DNA from: a virus
Virus record (IMG/VR): IMGVR_UViG_3300047476_001402
Coordinates: 26,384-90,383 of that record
Length of the DNA: 64,000 nt
Strand: one strand, 5' to 3'
Shown here: positions 19,542 through 29,751 of the stretch, one piece after another
How the letters are laid out: every line of letters begins with the position of its first letter
Numbering within the stretch: position 1 is the stretch's first letter
Position numbers and translations under genes: made by a program
The notes under the pieces: model-generated
What the model was told of the DNA's origin: nothing
Databases searched by the model: none
What the model saw: the letters and a program-made list of their open reading frames with translations, nothing else

Positions 19542-19575
19542 AAAAAAACCCCAAAGAATATTCTTTGGGGTTTTT
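19542..19575. terminator. Bidirectional terminator
   Basis: aaaaaaccccaaagaatattctttggggttttt palindrome. Confidence 0.8.
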
Positions 19576-19591
19576 AATATTATTCCGTATT

Positions 19592-20851
19592 TTAAATAGT
19601 TATAAGTTCTTTAATAGGAGCCTCTTTGTTTCCTATGCTCATGGGTCTGCCAGGGGCTGAACTATCGGATGGAGTTGTCCAAACCTTATCATAAGGTATT
19701 CCTAGAAAATGACCAATGGTTGCATTAAGCATCCCAGGTGTCACTGGATTTTCTTCCACTCTCTCTGCATTTGCAGTCGTTTTACCGATAGGTCTTCCTC
19801 CAAGAGCGAGTCCACCTACAAGCATAGAGAATGCTTGCGGGTGATGGTCCTTACCCTCATTGACATTATATTTAGGAGTTCTTCCGAAATCTGTTGCAAC
19901 AACTACTAAAGTATCTTTTAATAATCCTTCATTAGTTAAATCTTCGAAAAGTGATGCAAGGGCTTTATCAAGTTCTCCGCCGCGATTTGTCATATTGGTT
20001 TCGATATCGTTGTGCATATCCCAGCCTCCTACGGTAACTTCACAATAACGAACACCACTCTTAATGAGTCTTTTTGCAAGGAGTAATCCGCTACCGATCT
20101 GAGTCTTTCCGTATTTATTACGGACATCTTCTGTCTCTTTATTAAGATCGAAAACGTTTAAATCTTCGCTCTTCAAGAGTTTCAATGCTTCGTCATAGAT
20201 AGATGAATATGATGTCACATCACTGTTAGTGATATTTTTCATAAACCCTTTATTTAACGAATCGAGAACTTGGATACGATTATTGAACTGCGTTTCTGCC
20301 CCGAGTATACGACTATAGCGCAAACCCTCATTAGGATTTATAATAGATAAAGGATAAAATTTCTTACTAAAATATCCACCTCCAGGATTATCAGTATCTG
20401 GAGATATCGAGATATAATCTGGAATGGATTCGTGTTGTTTCCCTAAAAGATTATATGATATAGACCCTAATGTTGGATGAACAATAAGACTACTCTTATT
20501 ATAAGAGGTCTTCACTGTATATTTCGACATGGCGTGTGCTCCTGATTTAGATGTCATACTTCTAATAGGAATAAACTTATTTCCATGTTTTGCGAGATTA
20601 GGAAAATAACTAGAAATATAAAAATCACCGGTAGTCTTTATAGCTGATGCATTTCCTTTAATAAGAGGATCATCTTTAGGATCGAGGAAATCTGTATGAG
20701 ATATACCTCCATCCAAGTAAACATAGATTACATGTTTAGCTTTACCTGCTGTCTTGAGTGGTAGTGTGTCACCTAGAGCAGTGAAACTTACTCCTAGTGT
20801 TGTGTATGCTAAGGACTGAACAAATCCTCTTCTTGTAATATCAGTATTCAT
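19592..20851 (-). CDS. DUF1501-family protein with Tat signal
   Basis: ITRRGFV Tat motif, GGISHTDFLDPK, GWDMH, TDFGRTP, GKDHHP. The start at 20851 overlaps the stop of an upstream 56-aa ORF (ATGA). Confidence 0.88.
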   Translation of the reverse strand: MNTDITRRGFVQSLAYTTLGVSFTALGDTLPLKTAGKAKHVIYVYLDGGISHTDFLDPKDDPLIKGNASAIKTTGDFYISSYFPNLAKHGNKFIPIRSMTSKSGAHAMSKYTVKTSYNKSSLIVHPTLGSISYNLLGKQHESIPDYISISPDTDNPGGGYFSKKFYPLSIINPNEGLRYSRILGAETQFNNRIQVLDSLNKGFMKNITNSDVTSYSSIYDEALKLLKSEDLNVFDLNKETEDVRNKYGKTQIGSGLLLAKRLIKSGVRYCEVTVGGWDMHNDIETNMTNRGGELDKALASLFEDLTNEGLLKDTLVVVATDFGRTPKYNVNEGKDHHPQAFSMLVGGLALGGRPIGKTTANAERVEENPVTPGMLNATIGHFLGIPYDKVWTTPSDSSAPGRPMSIGNKEAPIKELITI

Positions 20852-21018
20852 ATTTTTTGTTTTTCTATATCGTTTAACTCTGTACGCCATTTTAATTTTT
20901 TAGCATAAAAGTCTTTATCGTCGTCGGGTAAGTTTATCAAAAGTTTCATGTTATAGATTCTTTCTGCAAGTTTCTTTAATTTATTCTCTTGATCACATTG
21001 TAAAATTAGTAGATCCAT
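20848..21018 (-). CDS. Unannotated 56-aa protein (MDLLILQCDQENKL...)
   Basis: Fills the gap between DUF1549 and DUF1501 genes, abutting one and overlapping the other. Confidence 0.55.
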   Translation of the reverse strand: MDLLILQCDQENKLKKLAERIYNMKLLINLPDDDKDFYAKKLKWRTELNDIEKQKI

Positions 21019-21019
21019 A

Positions 21020-22726
21020 TTATTTCTTAAACAAAAATTCTCTCGAATTTATCAATGCCCAAATCAGGTCATTTTTTTCTGTTTTATTAATTATTGCACG
21101 TTCCTCGATATTAGGATTCCGAGTTAAAACGGTAGAAAAAATTTCTTCCTTAGACATGGAAGAAATAATAGACTCTTTACTTGTCACCAATTCGAATAAA
21201 GGAGAATTCATCAACATAAGAATTTGTGTTATACTTCCTTTGTTATCAGTAGAATCTATTAGTATTCTATCGGAGCTACCATACTCACGTAAAAACTGAC
21301 CGACAAAACTATTTCGGTTTACTATAAATGCAGATCGTATCAAATCTATGTTCTTATATTTTAGAGTATTCTTAGTGATATTACTATCATATGCTCGTAT
21401 GGTTTCCATCTTTTCTAAAAGACCTTTCCCACTAACATTATTCCAATCTATTTCAATTAAATTAGAATATTCATCGAAAACGATTTTAGAATAATTTGTA
21501 TCAGGGATTACCAGAGTTAATATATTATCCCATATCTGATATGATGGTAGTCTTTGTATCTGTACAGACTGAAAATTATACAATGTCGTTGGTCCTGTGT
21601 ATGCCACTCTATTGTAGAAATCAGATTCTATTATATGTCTGATAAGTTCTTTGATACTATAGCCATGCGCCTTGAGATAATCACCTAAATACTTTAAAAC
21701 CGAACCTGTATTATAATCTGTTAATACAAAACTAGTCTCTGGACTAATTAAAGGGGTGCCGACGATTAATCCCCAAATACGATTAGATACTGCAAGTGAA
21801 AAATTCTCATGTTCTACTATCCATTTAGACAATTCTTCTCTTTTATTAGAATCAACTACCTTCAATTTACTATCAAGGGTTAACGGTTTAACGACATCAA
21901 AAGGCTTTGCATCTGAATATTTATAGTCATGAGGAAGCTTCATTTCTTTTGCATCATTATCTTTTAAATTGAAAAGATTTGCAGAAAGAAGTTGTCTAAC
22001 ATTATTATCTATACGATCTTGTTTCGTAATCTCTTTAATTTCTTGATCGACCTTTTTTAAAATATCACCATACTCTTTTCTCGACTCTCTATTATCTAAT
22101 GTGTTGAAAAATGCTGCCATCTCAAAAAACTGTCTTTGTGTGTATTCCTGAAATGGGTCATCATGGCATTGGGCACAACTTAAATCGGTGGCAATGAACA
22201 GTTGTAAAGTGGTGGCTAGGTTATCTAAAGGCATACCCGTATCACGGAGCATATATCCTGTGGCACCATTATCACTGTATTTCCCTGTTGCAGTGAGAAG
22301 ATCGAATATAAATTTATCATATGGCTTATCAGCACGAATAGAATCACGCACATAATCCATATAAGGATATGCCTTAAGAATACCAGTACCATCAGAAAGT
22401 CTTTCTGGACGAATTCTAAATATATCAGCCCAGAAATTATACAAATTATTCACATAGTCTTCTGAATGTAAAAGTTTCTCAACAATTTTATTTTTCTTAA
22501 CGGGCTCCTTATTTTTTATAAATTCTTGTGTTTCGGAAAGAGTAGGTATTCTTCCTGCAACAGTTAAATAGGTTCGTTTGAGCCATGTATGATCGTCCAC
22601 TTTCGTAGGGTCGCCTTTTACTTTGTTTTCGACATAAAATTTTTGTAAATGTCTGTCTAAATCATTATAGGCATTTCCACTAAAAGGAAAAAAGCATATG
22701 AGTAAAGATAAAATGAGAGTTTTCAT
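21020..22726 (-). CDS. DUF1549/DUF1553 (PSCyt2/PSD1) protein, secreted, CxxCH
   Basis: Signal peptide, WLKR.YL...GRIPT, WADIFR, DKPYD.F..DLLTATG, CAQCHDDPF, NRIW, DLIWALINSREF. Confidence 0.88.
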   Translation of the reverse strand: MKTLILSLLICFFPFSGNAYNDLDRHLQKFYVENKVKGDPTKVDDHTWLKRTYLTVAGRIPTLSETQEFIKNKEPVKKNKIVEKLLHSEDYVNNLYNFWADIFRIRPERLSDGTGILKAYPYMDYVRDSIRADKPYDKFIFDLLTATGKYSDNGATGYMLRDTGMPLDNLATTLQLFIATDLSCAQCHDDPFQEYTQRQFFEMAAFFNTLDNRESRKEYGDILKKVDQEIKEITKQDRIDNNVRQLLSANLFNLKDNDAKEMKLPHDYKYSDAKPFDVVKPLTLDSKLKVVDSNKREELSKWIVEHENFSLAVSNRIWGLIVGTPLISPETSFVLTDYNTGSVLKYLGDYLKAHGYSIKELIRHIIESDFYNRVAYTGPTTLYNFQSVQIQRLPSYQIWDNILTLVIPDTNYSKIVFDEYSNLIEIDWNNVSGKGLLEKMETIRAYDSNITKNTLKYKNIDLIRSAFIVNRNSFVGQFLREYGSSDRILIDSTDNKGSITQILMLMNSPLFELVTSKESIISSMSKEEIFSTVLTRNPNIEERAIINKTEKNDLIWALINSREFLFKK

Positions 22727-22762
22727 ACTGCTGAGATATACTTATCGTTAATGTCTTTTCTT

Positions 22763-23518
22763 TCAGACTTTCTTATTAATAATCACTTTTTTCAATTTTT
22801 TATCGCTTTGAATAAAATAACAGAAAGATTTAGTGGTATTGGGATTTATGAAGATTTTATACATATTAACTCCGTTCGGTTTTATTGGTTCCATGAGCGA
22901 ATCCTTATAATGTAACAACCCAAACGATAAATGCCCACCATATAAGTTAGTATCTAAACCCAGAGAAAATGTTTCAAATCCGTTGCTTATAGCATATTCT
23001 ATACTTTTTAAGATACATGCCGTGCTGCCACCATTCTTCTTAAACTCATCAGAATACCATGCATATGAATAAGATAATTTCTCGTCAAGATTTTTAAGAA
23101 TACTTCCACCACGTATTGATCCAAGCGAATCTCTACCAATAACTAGTAGATATTCGCCTATATTATTTTTTATTCTTTGTACATCCACACGATCAATGCC
23201 GTGTGCGATACTATGTAAGAAATTTTTATATCCAATATACCATTCATCCAACAAGGTATGGGTTAATGGAACAACCTCTAGATTATATTCGTCGAGCCTT
23301 TTTGCAATTTTATTCAAATCACAACGTATTTTACTAGGTTTCTTACTGATCCAACTGATTAAACTATCAGGAACTGTCATCGAAAATGTAACTTTCTCTG
23401 GGTAAGTCCCGGTAATAGCCTTCCTCATTAGTGCAAAATCCAAATTAGGATTTTTATCAAAAAAATCAGGAGTATAAGATTTTATAAAATCATAATTTAT
23501 ATTACCAGATATTTCCAT
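22763..23518 (-). CDS. GNAT-fold (FemAB-related) protein
   Basis: C-terminal IEYAISNGFETFSLG...GLLHYK resembles Fem/Acetyltransf_6 proteins. Confidence 0.5.
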   Translation of the reverse strand: MEISGNINYDFIKSYTPDFFDKNPNLDFALMRKAITGTYPEKVTFSMTVPDSLISWISKKPSKIRCDLNKIAKRLDEYNLEVVPLTHTLLDEWYIGYKNFLHSIAHGIDRVDVQRIKNNIGEYLLVIGRDSLGSIRGGSILKNLDEKLSYSYAWYSDEFKKNGGSTACILKSIEYAISNGFETFSLGLDTNLYGGHLSFGLLHYKDSLMEPIKPNGVNMYKIFINPNTTKSFCYFIQSDKKLKKVIINKKV

Positions 23519-23519
23519 A

Positions 23520-24671
23520 TTACATTAAAATTTTATGACTACGATCCTTGCCAAAAGAATAACCAAATAAAGGCAGCTTCAATTCTATTGCGATACCGAA
23601 TGCACGACTGAGATAAAACTCATCCTTATAAAAGGGATCATTATCCAAACAGGTTACAAATAATTTATCAACCTTAGTAAATGATAATGCATATCTAAGG
23701 GAGTCATAGTCTAGTGTCCCTACACGAAATCCTTTCTGCCATTCATTGTATGTGTTATCTTCGCCTTTTAACACTATACCCTTTACTTCTGTTGGAAGTG
23801 GTCCATTTCCATGTCTCGTTGCATAAGACCGTGTGATACCTATACGAAGAATATGCCCGTCATAATCGATCCTCTTTAGGAAATCTTCTGCTAATTGTGT
23901 CGTTGTATCGGTAGCAGAGACATGAGGTAAAAATCCACGATCTTTATCAAGAAGTGCTCCTTGTGCTCCCTCAAATACCACGATTTCTGAATTATTAATC
24001 AATTTCTTACAATCTTCATCATTCACAATTGTGATGAAGGCTTCAATATTTTTATATATAGAAATTAAATCTTGCTCTTCTTCATGATCATCAACAAACA
24101 ATCCTTCCCAATTTTCATCCTTCTCATAATCTTTAGGACCAATCTCGTCCCTGAAATTAGAAATAATATCAAATATATGTATATCTAAAAAAGAATTCCT
24201 TATACTGGATAAGTCACCTATTTTAAGTGGATTATATTTTTGTGCATATTCGACGGTTTTATAAATCCCAAGACCTACAGACCCATGATTATTAACCTTC
24301 TCTTCAATGCGATTTGCATAGATATGATAAGGAGTAGTAACTAATGCATTTTCATGAACATAAACTTTTGGAAGAAATCCGAATTTGCTTTCAAAATCTC
24401 GCATCTCATGAATAAGAAGAATAGGATTTACGATTACACTATCTAATAAAAGTGTATCCGCACCTGCAAAAGTTCCTGCGGATAGCTGTTTAAAACAAAA
24501 ATGTTTATTTCTAACGTGAACATTATGGGCGCATTGTGCCCCGCCAGAAAATCTAACAACCAATGAACTCTTGGTAACTGATGTTATATAGTCAGTCACT
24601 GTTCCCTTTCCCTCGTCCCCGTGTCCGATTCCAACAACAATATAAGCTTTTTTATTTTTCATATAATTCAT
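23520..24671 (-). CDS. Adenylosuccinate synthetase-like protein (divergent PurA)
   Basis: GHGDEGKG, VRFSGG.Q.AH, FEGAQG.LLD, TRHGNGPLPTE, TCLD. Confidence 0.85.
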   Translation of the reverse strand: MNYMKNKKAYIVVGIGHGDEGKGTVTDYITSVTKSSLVVRFSGGAQCAHNVHVRNKHFCFKQLSAGTFAGADTLLLDSVIVNPILLIHEMRDFESKFGFLPKVYVHENALVTTPYHIYANRIEEKVNNHGSVGLGIYKTVEYAQKYNPLKIGDLSSIRNSFLDIHIFDIISNFRDEIGPKDYEKDENWEGLFVDDHEEEQDLISIYKNIEAFITIVNDEDCKKLINNSEIVVFEGAQGALLDKDRGFLPHVSATDTTTQLAEDFLKRIDYDGHILRIGITRSYATRHGNGPLPTEVKGIVLKGEDNTYNEWQKGFRVGTLDYDSLRYALSFTKVDKLFVTCLDNDPFYKDEFYLSRAFGIAIELKLPLFGYSFGKDRSHKILM

Positions 24672-25461
24672 TAATTTCTAAATATTTTTTATATTTTCTC
24701 TCTAAACAAAAATTTCCATTATATATATATTTTAATATTTCAACTACTTCGTTTTTACGAAATATTCGTAAAACATATATTGTTTTTTTCTTTACAATTG
24801 TGCCATAGCCAAACATATACTTTTCTTTTAAATCTGTTAAAAAGGATTCTGATGCCGAATATATATTAATCGAAAATTGTGATCCCCCAGATTTAGTTTT
24901 ACCCACATATATGTTACCATCACCATCAACAATTCCTCTCAGGTAATCAGGAATAAATTCTTTTGGAACTTCTACCACAAATTCTTTACCAGTCTTATTT
25001 TTAAAAACGCCCATAGTAGCTATATCTTCAATTATAGCCTTTGAACCAAATTTTAAACTCACTTGTTTAGAGGGGCCAATATTAGTTCTTTTATCAATCC
25101 GCACTCTTTCTGTTATAGGTATTCTAGAATCTAATTGATCCCTTATAAACTCTAAAATCGACCGATCTCTTTCTTGAATATCTACACCTATCCATCTCAC
25201 ACGACCCGTATCTATTACATATCCGTCACATATCAAGAATCCTAGACTATATGCCATATTCGCAGACCATTTTGAAAAATACTGCTCATCATAAGAATAT
25301 TTTAGACGTTTATTTTTTGAATTCCGCTGTATACCGTACTTTCTTATTAGATATGATATACTATGTTCACTTTTACCTAATACCTCTGCGATTTCTTTTT
25401 GTGTTTTTCCTTCAACTACAAATTGTTGAATTATATATTCTTTGAGATTGTCGTAAGCCAT
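24652..25461 (-). CDS. Free-standing LAGLIDADG homing endonuclease with N-terminal HTH
   Basis: YSLGFLICDG and YLRGIVDGDG motifs, LERK; TAAGTA upstream. Confidence 0.85.
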   Translation of the reverse strand: MAYDNLKEYIIQQFVVEGKTQKEIAEVLGKSEHSISYLIRKYGIQRNSKNKRLKYSYDEQYFSKWSANMAYSLGFLICDGYVIDTGRVRWIGVDIQERDRSILEFIRDQLDSRIPITERVRIDKRTNIGPSKQVSLKFGSKAIIEDIATMGVFKNKTGKEFVVEVPKEFIPDYLRGIVDGDGNIYVGKTKSGGSQFSINIYSASESFLTDLKEKYMFGYGTIVKKKTIYVLRIFRKNEVVEILKYIYNGNFCLERKYKKYLEINELYEK

Positions 25462-25505
25462 TATACATATACTTATAACGGTCTGCTTGTTTTTTTGCCA
25501 TAGTT

Positions 25506-25691
25506 TTAATCAATAAGATTTTTGATAAGTGATGAAATTGTTCGATAATCTTTTGTTACGAGGATTTGTTCTTGATTATCCAATGTTATAAGTGTCCAAT
25601 TTCTATCTGGTTCTATTCTTCTAATAGTTTTCAATGCTAATAGTTGATAAACGGACCCCCGCTCTGTGTTTAATGGTAATTCAATCATCAT
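25506..25691 (-). CDS. Small hypothetical protein
   Basis: ORF. Confidence 0.45.
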   Translation of the reverse strand: MMIELPLNTERGSVYQLLALKTIRRIEPDRNWTLITLDNQEQILVTKDYRTISSLIKNLID

Positions 25692-25696
25692 AAAAT

Positions 25697-25730
25697 AAAA
25701 AAGTGGAATAAATTGCTCTATTCCACTTTT
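25697..25730. terminator. Terminator
   Basis: aaaagtggaata...tattccactttt inverted repeat. Confidence 0.65.
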
Positions 25731-25751
25731 AAGTTTAAAATTTCGGATACT

Positions 25752-26624
25752 TTAGAGAATAATCTCTGTTTCTTCAAAATTTTGTTTCTGCTGTGGAGTA
25801 GTCTCTACTCCTGATTCTACACCCTTCTGGACGTTTTTCAACACATATTGTGCGATAATTTCTGGGATTTTTGTATAATCTTGAGTAACAATTAAATGTT
25901 CGCCAAGAAGATCACGCAAACCGTTCTCTGCTGATTGGGATCTATAACCGTGATTGATATGAATATGGATATAATTCCATTTTTCTTCAATCTTTCGAAG
26001 AAGTTCTTCGCTTGTTACTGATCCTTCTGCACCCGCATTTTCATAAGTCGCATTAATGAAAGATGCTGGAATTACTGGATGAATAGGCTCGTCACCAAAA
26101 GTGAAAATAAACCCTTTTTGTTTACGTTTTTCCCATGCATCAGTTACTACAAACCTATCAGCAAAGTCCCATACAAGACTGTAGCTTTCACCACCATTAC
26201 CACCACCATTGCCTTCGAGATATGTCCGAGTTAACCACATATCAAGTTCCTCATCACCAGATTCGAACTGTCCTACTTGGATAGGATAACGATCTGATAT
26301 ATGATCACCAACCGCAATAAAAAGAAGAGCGGCATCAGGAACCCCACCGTTGATGATAGAACTCATCAATTTTGGAAGTCCCTCCTTTACAAGATTATGA
26401 GGAATAATCCCCATAGAACCTGTAACATCCATTCCTAATATAATTGGAACTGTGTTTGGATGAACTGCTGAATCCCTTGCCTCACGAATCTTGATGGCTT
26501 TTGGTTCCATAGATTCGTGGATCATTCGCGTTTTACTTTGTTCGAAAGTATCTGCGAGAGATTTTACTGCATACGTTGCAGACCGTGTGCTTCTTGCACT
26601 AAAATCGTAAGATGAACCACCCAT
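25752..26624 (-). CDS. von Willebrand factor A (VWA) domain protein
   Basis: MIDAS DVTGSM, EG.GGGN.GESY, GDE; start MGGSSY at 26624. Confidence 0.85.
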   Translation of the reverse strand: MGGSSYDFSARSTRSATYAVKSLADTFEQSKTRMIHESMEPKAIKIREARDSAVHPNTVPIILGMDVTGSMGIIPHNLVKEGLPKLMSSIINGGVPDAALLFIAVGDHISDRYPIQVGQFESGDEELDMWLTRTYLEGNGGGNGGESYSLVWDFADRFVVTDAWEKRKQKGFIFTFGDEPIHPVIPASFINATYENAGAEGSVTSEELLRKIEEKWNYIHIHINHGYRSQSAENGLRDLLGEHLIVTQDYTKIPEIIAQYVLKNVQKGVESGVETTPQQKQNFEETEIIL

Positions 26625-26628
26625 GATA

Positions 26629-27012
26629 TTATTCGAAAAGGTTTTTGTAACCAGCTTTAGCCACTTCCAACTTAATCGCAAGATTACGAAGTTTTACACC
26701 AATCTCGATATGTTTAGCAACAAATCCATCAACATCGAAGTCGCTAGCCAACACAAGACTGTTAGCATCCCTCGGAGAAAGGTCCAACATATTGTTTTGA
26801 TCACGTTTCAGGTCTTTTACTTCCTGTTCCATGTCTTCGATCTTGCGCTTATACTTTAGTTGAGCAATCTCAACAATAGAGATCGCACGATCTTTCCTAA
26901 TTTTACTATTAGGACGGGTAAGAGTATTAAAAAACTTCCCCGTCAATTCTGGCTCATCATCTGTGCCAATTACATTATCAATATCACTCACTGTATCTGT
27001 TGTATCACTCAT
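26629..27012 (-). CDS. Coiled-coil phage protein upstream of VWA
   Basis: ORF behind a TTGACA-17-TATAAT promoter. Confidence 0.65.
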   Translation of the reverse strand: MSDTTDTVSDIDNVIGTDDEPELTGKFFNTLTRPNSKIRKDRAISIVEIAQLKYKRKIEDMEQEVKDLKRDQNNMLDLSPRDANSLVLASDFDVDGFVAKHIEIGVKLRNLAIKLEVAKAGYKNLFE

Positions 27013-27054
27013 AGAGGTCTTTATTATAGGTTATGTTGTTATCTTTGTCAATTG

Positions 27055-27687
27055 TTATTCGCTGTATTTTTCCCAATCGTCTTTGAATCTGTCTTTTAAT
27101 TTCTGAAAATATTCATTAGTTTTAATCTTACACATCCAAGTATTGCCACAAAAAGCACCATTAGTTTCAGTACCTTTACATATAACGCCTTCCTTTAAAC
27201 CATATACGTTATCTCGGACACTTTGGATAAATTCATCATTAAGATTTCCTGCATATACAACTTTAGGAATCGGAACCACTTCATCAAGTGTTTTTACAAA
27301 TTCCAAGGGTTTAAGAAATTTTCGCTGTTTATGTCCGACCATAATATCAAAAAATACCAGATCGTGTGGTTCATCTTCATGATGTCCTGCAAAAGAATTT
27401 TCCCCCAAGAATTCCCCAAAAACGACAATCTCTCTATAATCACGCAAAGATTTCTCTTTCTTGAAGACATTTTCTAGGGGTTCCTTGTATTTCGAATTGA
27501 AGATTTCTACCATTTCTTTCCAGAATGGAGTAGTCTCATTAATAAGCTGTGTCCTCGTTCCAAAACAATCGAATCCTCTTTTTTGGGTATATTTTGCTCT
27601 GAAATTGCTGCCATCAAGTTTGTCGAAGGCTATACAATTTTGACGGGGAGCCTTGCTACTGTTTATAATGGAAGGGTACTCAATCAT
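27055..27687 (-). CDS. RNA ligase-like nucleotidyltransferase
   Basis: KLDGSN (motif I), VFGEF, FFDI, EGVICK, KIK. Confidence 0.75.
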   Translation of the reverse strand: MIEYPSIINSSKAPRQNCIAFDKLDGSNFRAKYTQKRGFDCFGTRTQLINETTPFWKEMVEIFNSKYKEPLENVFKKEKSLRDYREIVVFGEFLGENSFAGHHEDEPHDLVFFDIMVGHKQRKFLKPLEFVKTLDEVVPIPKVVYAGNLNDEFIQSVRDNVYGLKEGVICKGTETNGAFCGNTWMCKIKTNEYFQKLKDRFKDDWEKYSE

Positions 27688-27884
27688 ATTTGTAATGTAT
27701 AATCCTCATCAATCTCATATTCATCTAACATAAATCGTTCAACATCTTCTATCTGACCAATAGAAAGATGCACTTCAATTTCTTCATGACAACAGCCTTT
27801 AGAACATATCTTCATCTTTCTAATAACCATAGGTTTTAATGCCTTAATGGTTAAGTCGTCGTATATTGACTGTTCTCCAATCAC
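27684..27884 (-). CDS. Hypothetical protein
   Basis: Coupled ORF. Confidence 0.5.
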   Translation of the reverse strand: MIGEQSIYDDLTIKALKPMVIRKMKICSKGCCHEEIEVHLSIGQIEDVERFMLDEYEIDEDYTLQI

Positions 27885-28786
27885 AATTTCTGTCCTAGGT
27901 TGAATAATAATGCACTAAAGTTGATTTCTGTATCAGCAACAAATGCATCGCGATACATATATTCTGAAATCAATAGCACTGCAACAGTATTACACTCTGC
28001 AACGTATAAGTCAAACAAAGATTTCATCAATTGATGATAATTGTTTGCAAATTTATCAGAATTTTCTACAACAAATTTACGAATAGCAAAAACATCTTCC
28101 TTCGCTTTCAGCTTTGTCTTAATTAACAATGCAACTCCAGTATCTTTTTTGAACTTATATATGAATTTTCCTGTAGAGCAATTCCTTTGTAGTTCGTTAA
28201 TAGTCTTACGAATATCAGGAAAATGAGTCTTTACTAGAAGTCGAACATTTGATATCTGATCCTCTCCAACTACAATATTCTCTGCTTTCAGAATTGTTGC
28301 AACTCTTCGAAGAACATCACCCTCAGGAACATTGAATGTAAATTCTTGACAACGTGACCGAATCGCTTCGATGATTTTCGAACGATAATTACCCGTGAGA
28401 ATGAATTTAACCTCATCCAAATATTCTTCAAGGGTTACGCGCAATGCTTGTTGAAATACCGTGCTTGCACCATCCACCTCATTAAGAATGACTAGCTTAG
28501 GATTACCATCAATACTTGCGATTTCAATATATCCTTGGATTTTCTCTCGTAATACATCAATGGTACCTTGCTCAGATGCATTGATAATCATATAAGAGTT
28601 GGGCGAAAACTTATCAGCAAGAATTTTCGCCATTGAACTTTTTCCCGTTCCCGGACTTCCTGTAAATAGGAGATTATTAGGTATTTCCTTTAAATTGGTG
28701 AAAAAGCTTTTATCTTCCTCATTTAGGAGGATATCTTCTATTGTTTTCGGACTATATTTGATAGTCCATACTTGATTAATTGTCAT
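27881..28786 (-). CDS. Sliding-clamp loader AAA+ subunit (T4 gp44/RFC-like)
   Basis: W..KY.P, GSPGTGKS, NAS, SRC, FPDIRK.IN.LQ. Confidence 0.9.
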   Translation of the reverse strand: MTINQVWTIKYSPKTIEDILLNEEDKSFFTNLKEIPNNLLFTGSPGTGKSSMAKILADKFSPNSYMIINASEQGTIDVLREKIQGYIEIASIDGNPKLVILNEVDGASTVFQQALRVTLEEYLDEVKFILTGNYRSKIIEAIRSRCQEFTFNVPEGDVLRRVATILKAENIVVGEDQISNVRLLVKTHFPDIRKTINELQRNCSTGKFIYKFKKDTGVALLIKTKLKAKEDVFAIRKFVVENSDKFANNYHQLMKSLFDLYVAECNTVAVLLISEYMYRDAFVADTEINFSALLFNLGQKL

Positions 28787-29083
28787 TTTTTTGATATAAA
28801 AATGGTTTGCTTATAACAACTTTTACATTATTATCTTTCATTCTTTGTAGGAAGTCTCTGAGCATTCTTTTAAAATTTTCGCTCGGAGGCGGAGAAGAGG
28901 GCGTAGGGATACTATCACATTCGAGATAAGGAATCCCCTCCTTTGTATATTTCCAATGCATATTAGTAGCATTTACTGTTCGTAGTTCCCCACACGAAAC
29001 AGTGCAATCCTAAAAAGATTAAACTTGCTCCAAATCCGAAACATGTATAAAGACCTGTATAGACAAGTCCTAGTGCTATTAAT

Positions 29084-29332
29084 TTATAATTTTTCTTTAT
29101 TGTGTCTAACATATTTGTAATTTCCTATTGTGAACGGATGTCCCTTTTCTACTTCTCCTTTTGCCCATGAAGTATCTAATTCAAGCTGTTCGTAAACAGA
29201 CCAAAGGTACTCTAAAGTCTCGGATTCGCTTTCACTAGCCTTTTCGAAGAGACTTTTACAATCTCTTATAATTCCCGCACTATCAAGATTTGTTTTTAAA
29301 ACTTTCTCAGCCGTTGATAAGGGTGTTTCCAT
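29084..29332 (-). CDS. Hypothetical protein
   Basis: ORF. Confidence 0.5.
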   Translation of the reverse strand: METPLSTAEKVLKTNLDSAGIIRDCKSLFEKASESESETLEYLWSVYEQLELDTSWAKGEVEKGHPFTIGNYKYVRHNKEKL

Positions 29333-29489
29333 TATATTTCAAAATAGGTGAAGGGTTCTGTTCTGTTACTTGGATGCTCTGTAATTGAGTCAAAAGATTG
29401 ATAACATGGTTGACTTGATCGGTAGGAATAGAAAAGGTTTGATATCCTACTGTTACATTAATACGATTAGTGCTAATTAAATTTGCCAT
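29307..29489 (-). CDS. Hypothetical protein
   Basis: ORF. Confidence 0.5.
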   Translation of the reverse strand: MANLISTNRINVTVGYQTFSIPTDQVNHVINLLTQLQSIQVTEQNPSPILKYNGNTLING

Positions 29490-29519
29490 GTAGTAAGATA
29501 CTAGACGGGTATAATCGAT

Positions 29520-29711
29520 TCAAGACTGTTTTCTGTAAATCTTTGAAAAGTCTGTAATTTGCATATAATACTCTTTTTTAGTATCTTCGTGATATGCAGT
29601 CAAACTTTCACAATCAGTATACGTGAAAATCGTGTAATCTCCATTACGACTCGCATCTTCAGGACATACTAATTTTTTCCGAAATGTTTTAAAATCTGTT
29701 AAAAGTGTCAT
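29520..29711 (-). CDS. Hypothetical protein
   Basis: ORF. Confidence 0.45.
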   Translation of the reverse strand: MTLLTDFKTFRKKLVCPEDASRNGDYTIFTYTDCESLTAYHEDTKKEYYMQITDFSKIYRKQS

Positions 29712-29751
29712 TTGATTATTACTATTATACAGAGTAAACTACATAATCATC

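Noticed and set aside
19592-22726. Host-genome contamination or prophage boundary
   Set aside because: Base composition, upstream TAAGTA motif and terminator style match the flanking phage genes; no integrase or att site seen.
23520-24671. PurZ (2-aminoadenine DNA) assignment
   Set aside because: Keeps the PurA-type Asp in GDEGKG rather than the PurZ Ser; no DatZ/MazZ-like neighbours recognised.
24652-25461. Intron- or intein-encoded LAGLIDADG splitting the PurA-like gene
   Set aside because: The PurA-like ORF has its own complete N-terminal P-loop, and the endonuclease has its own upstream motif and start.
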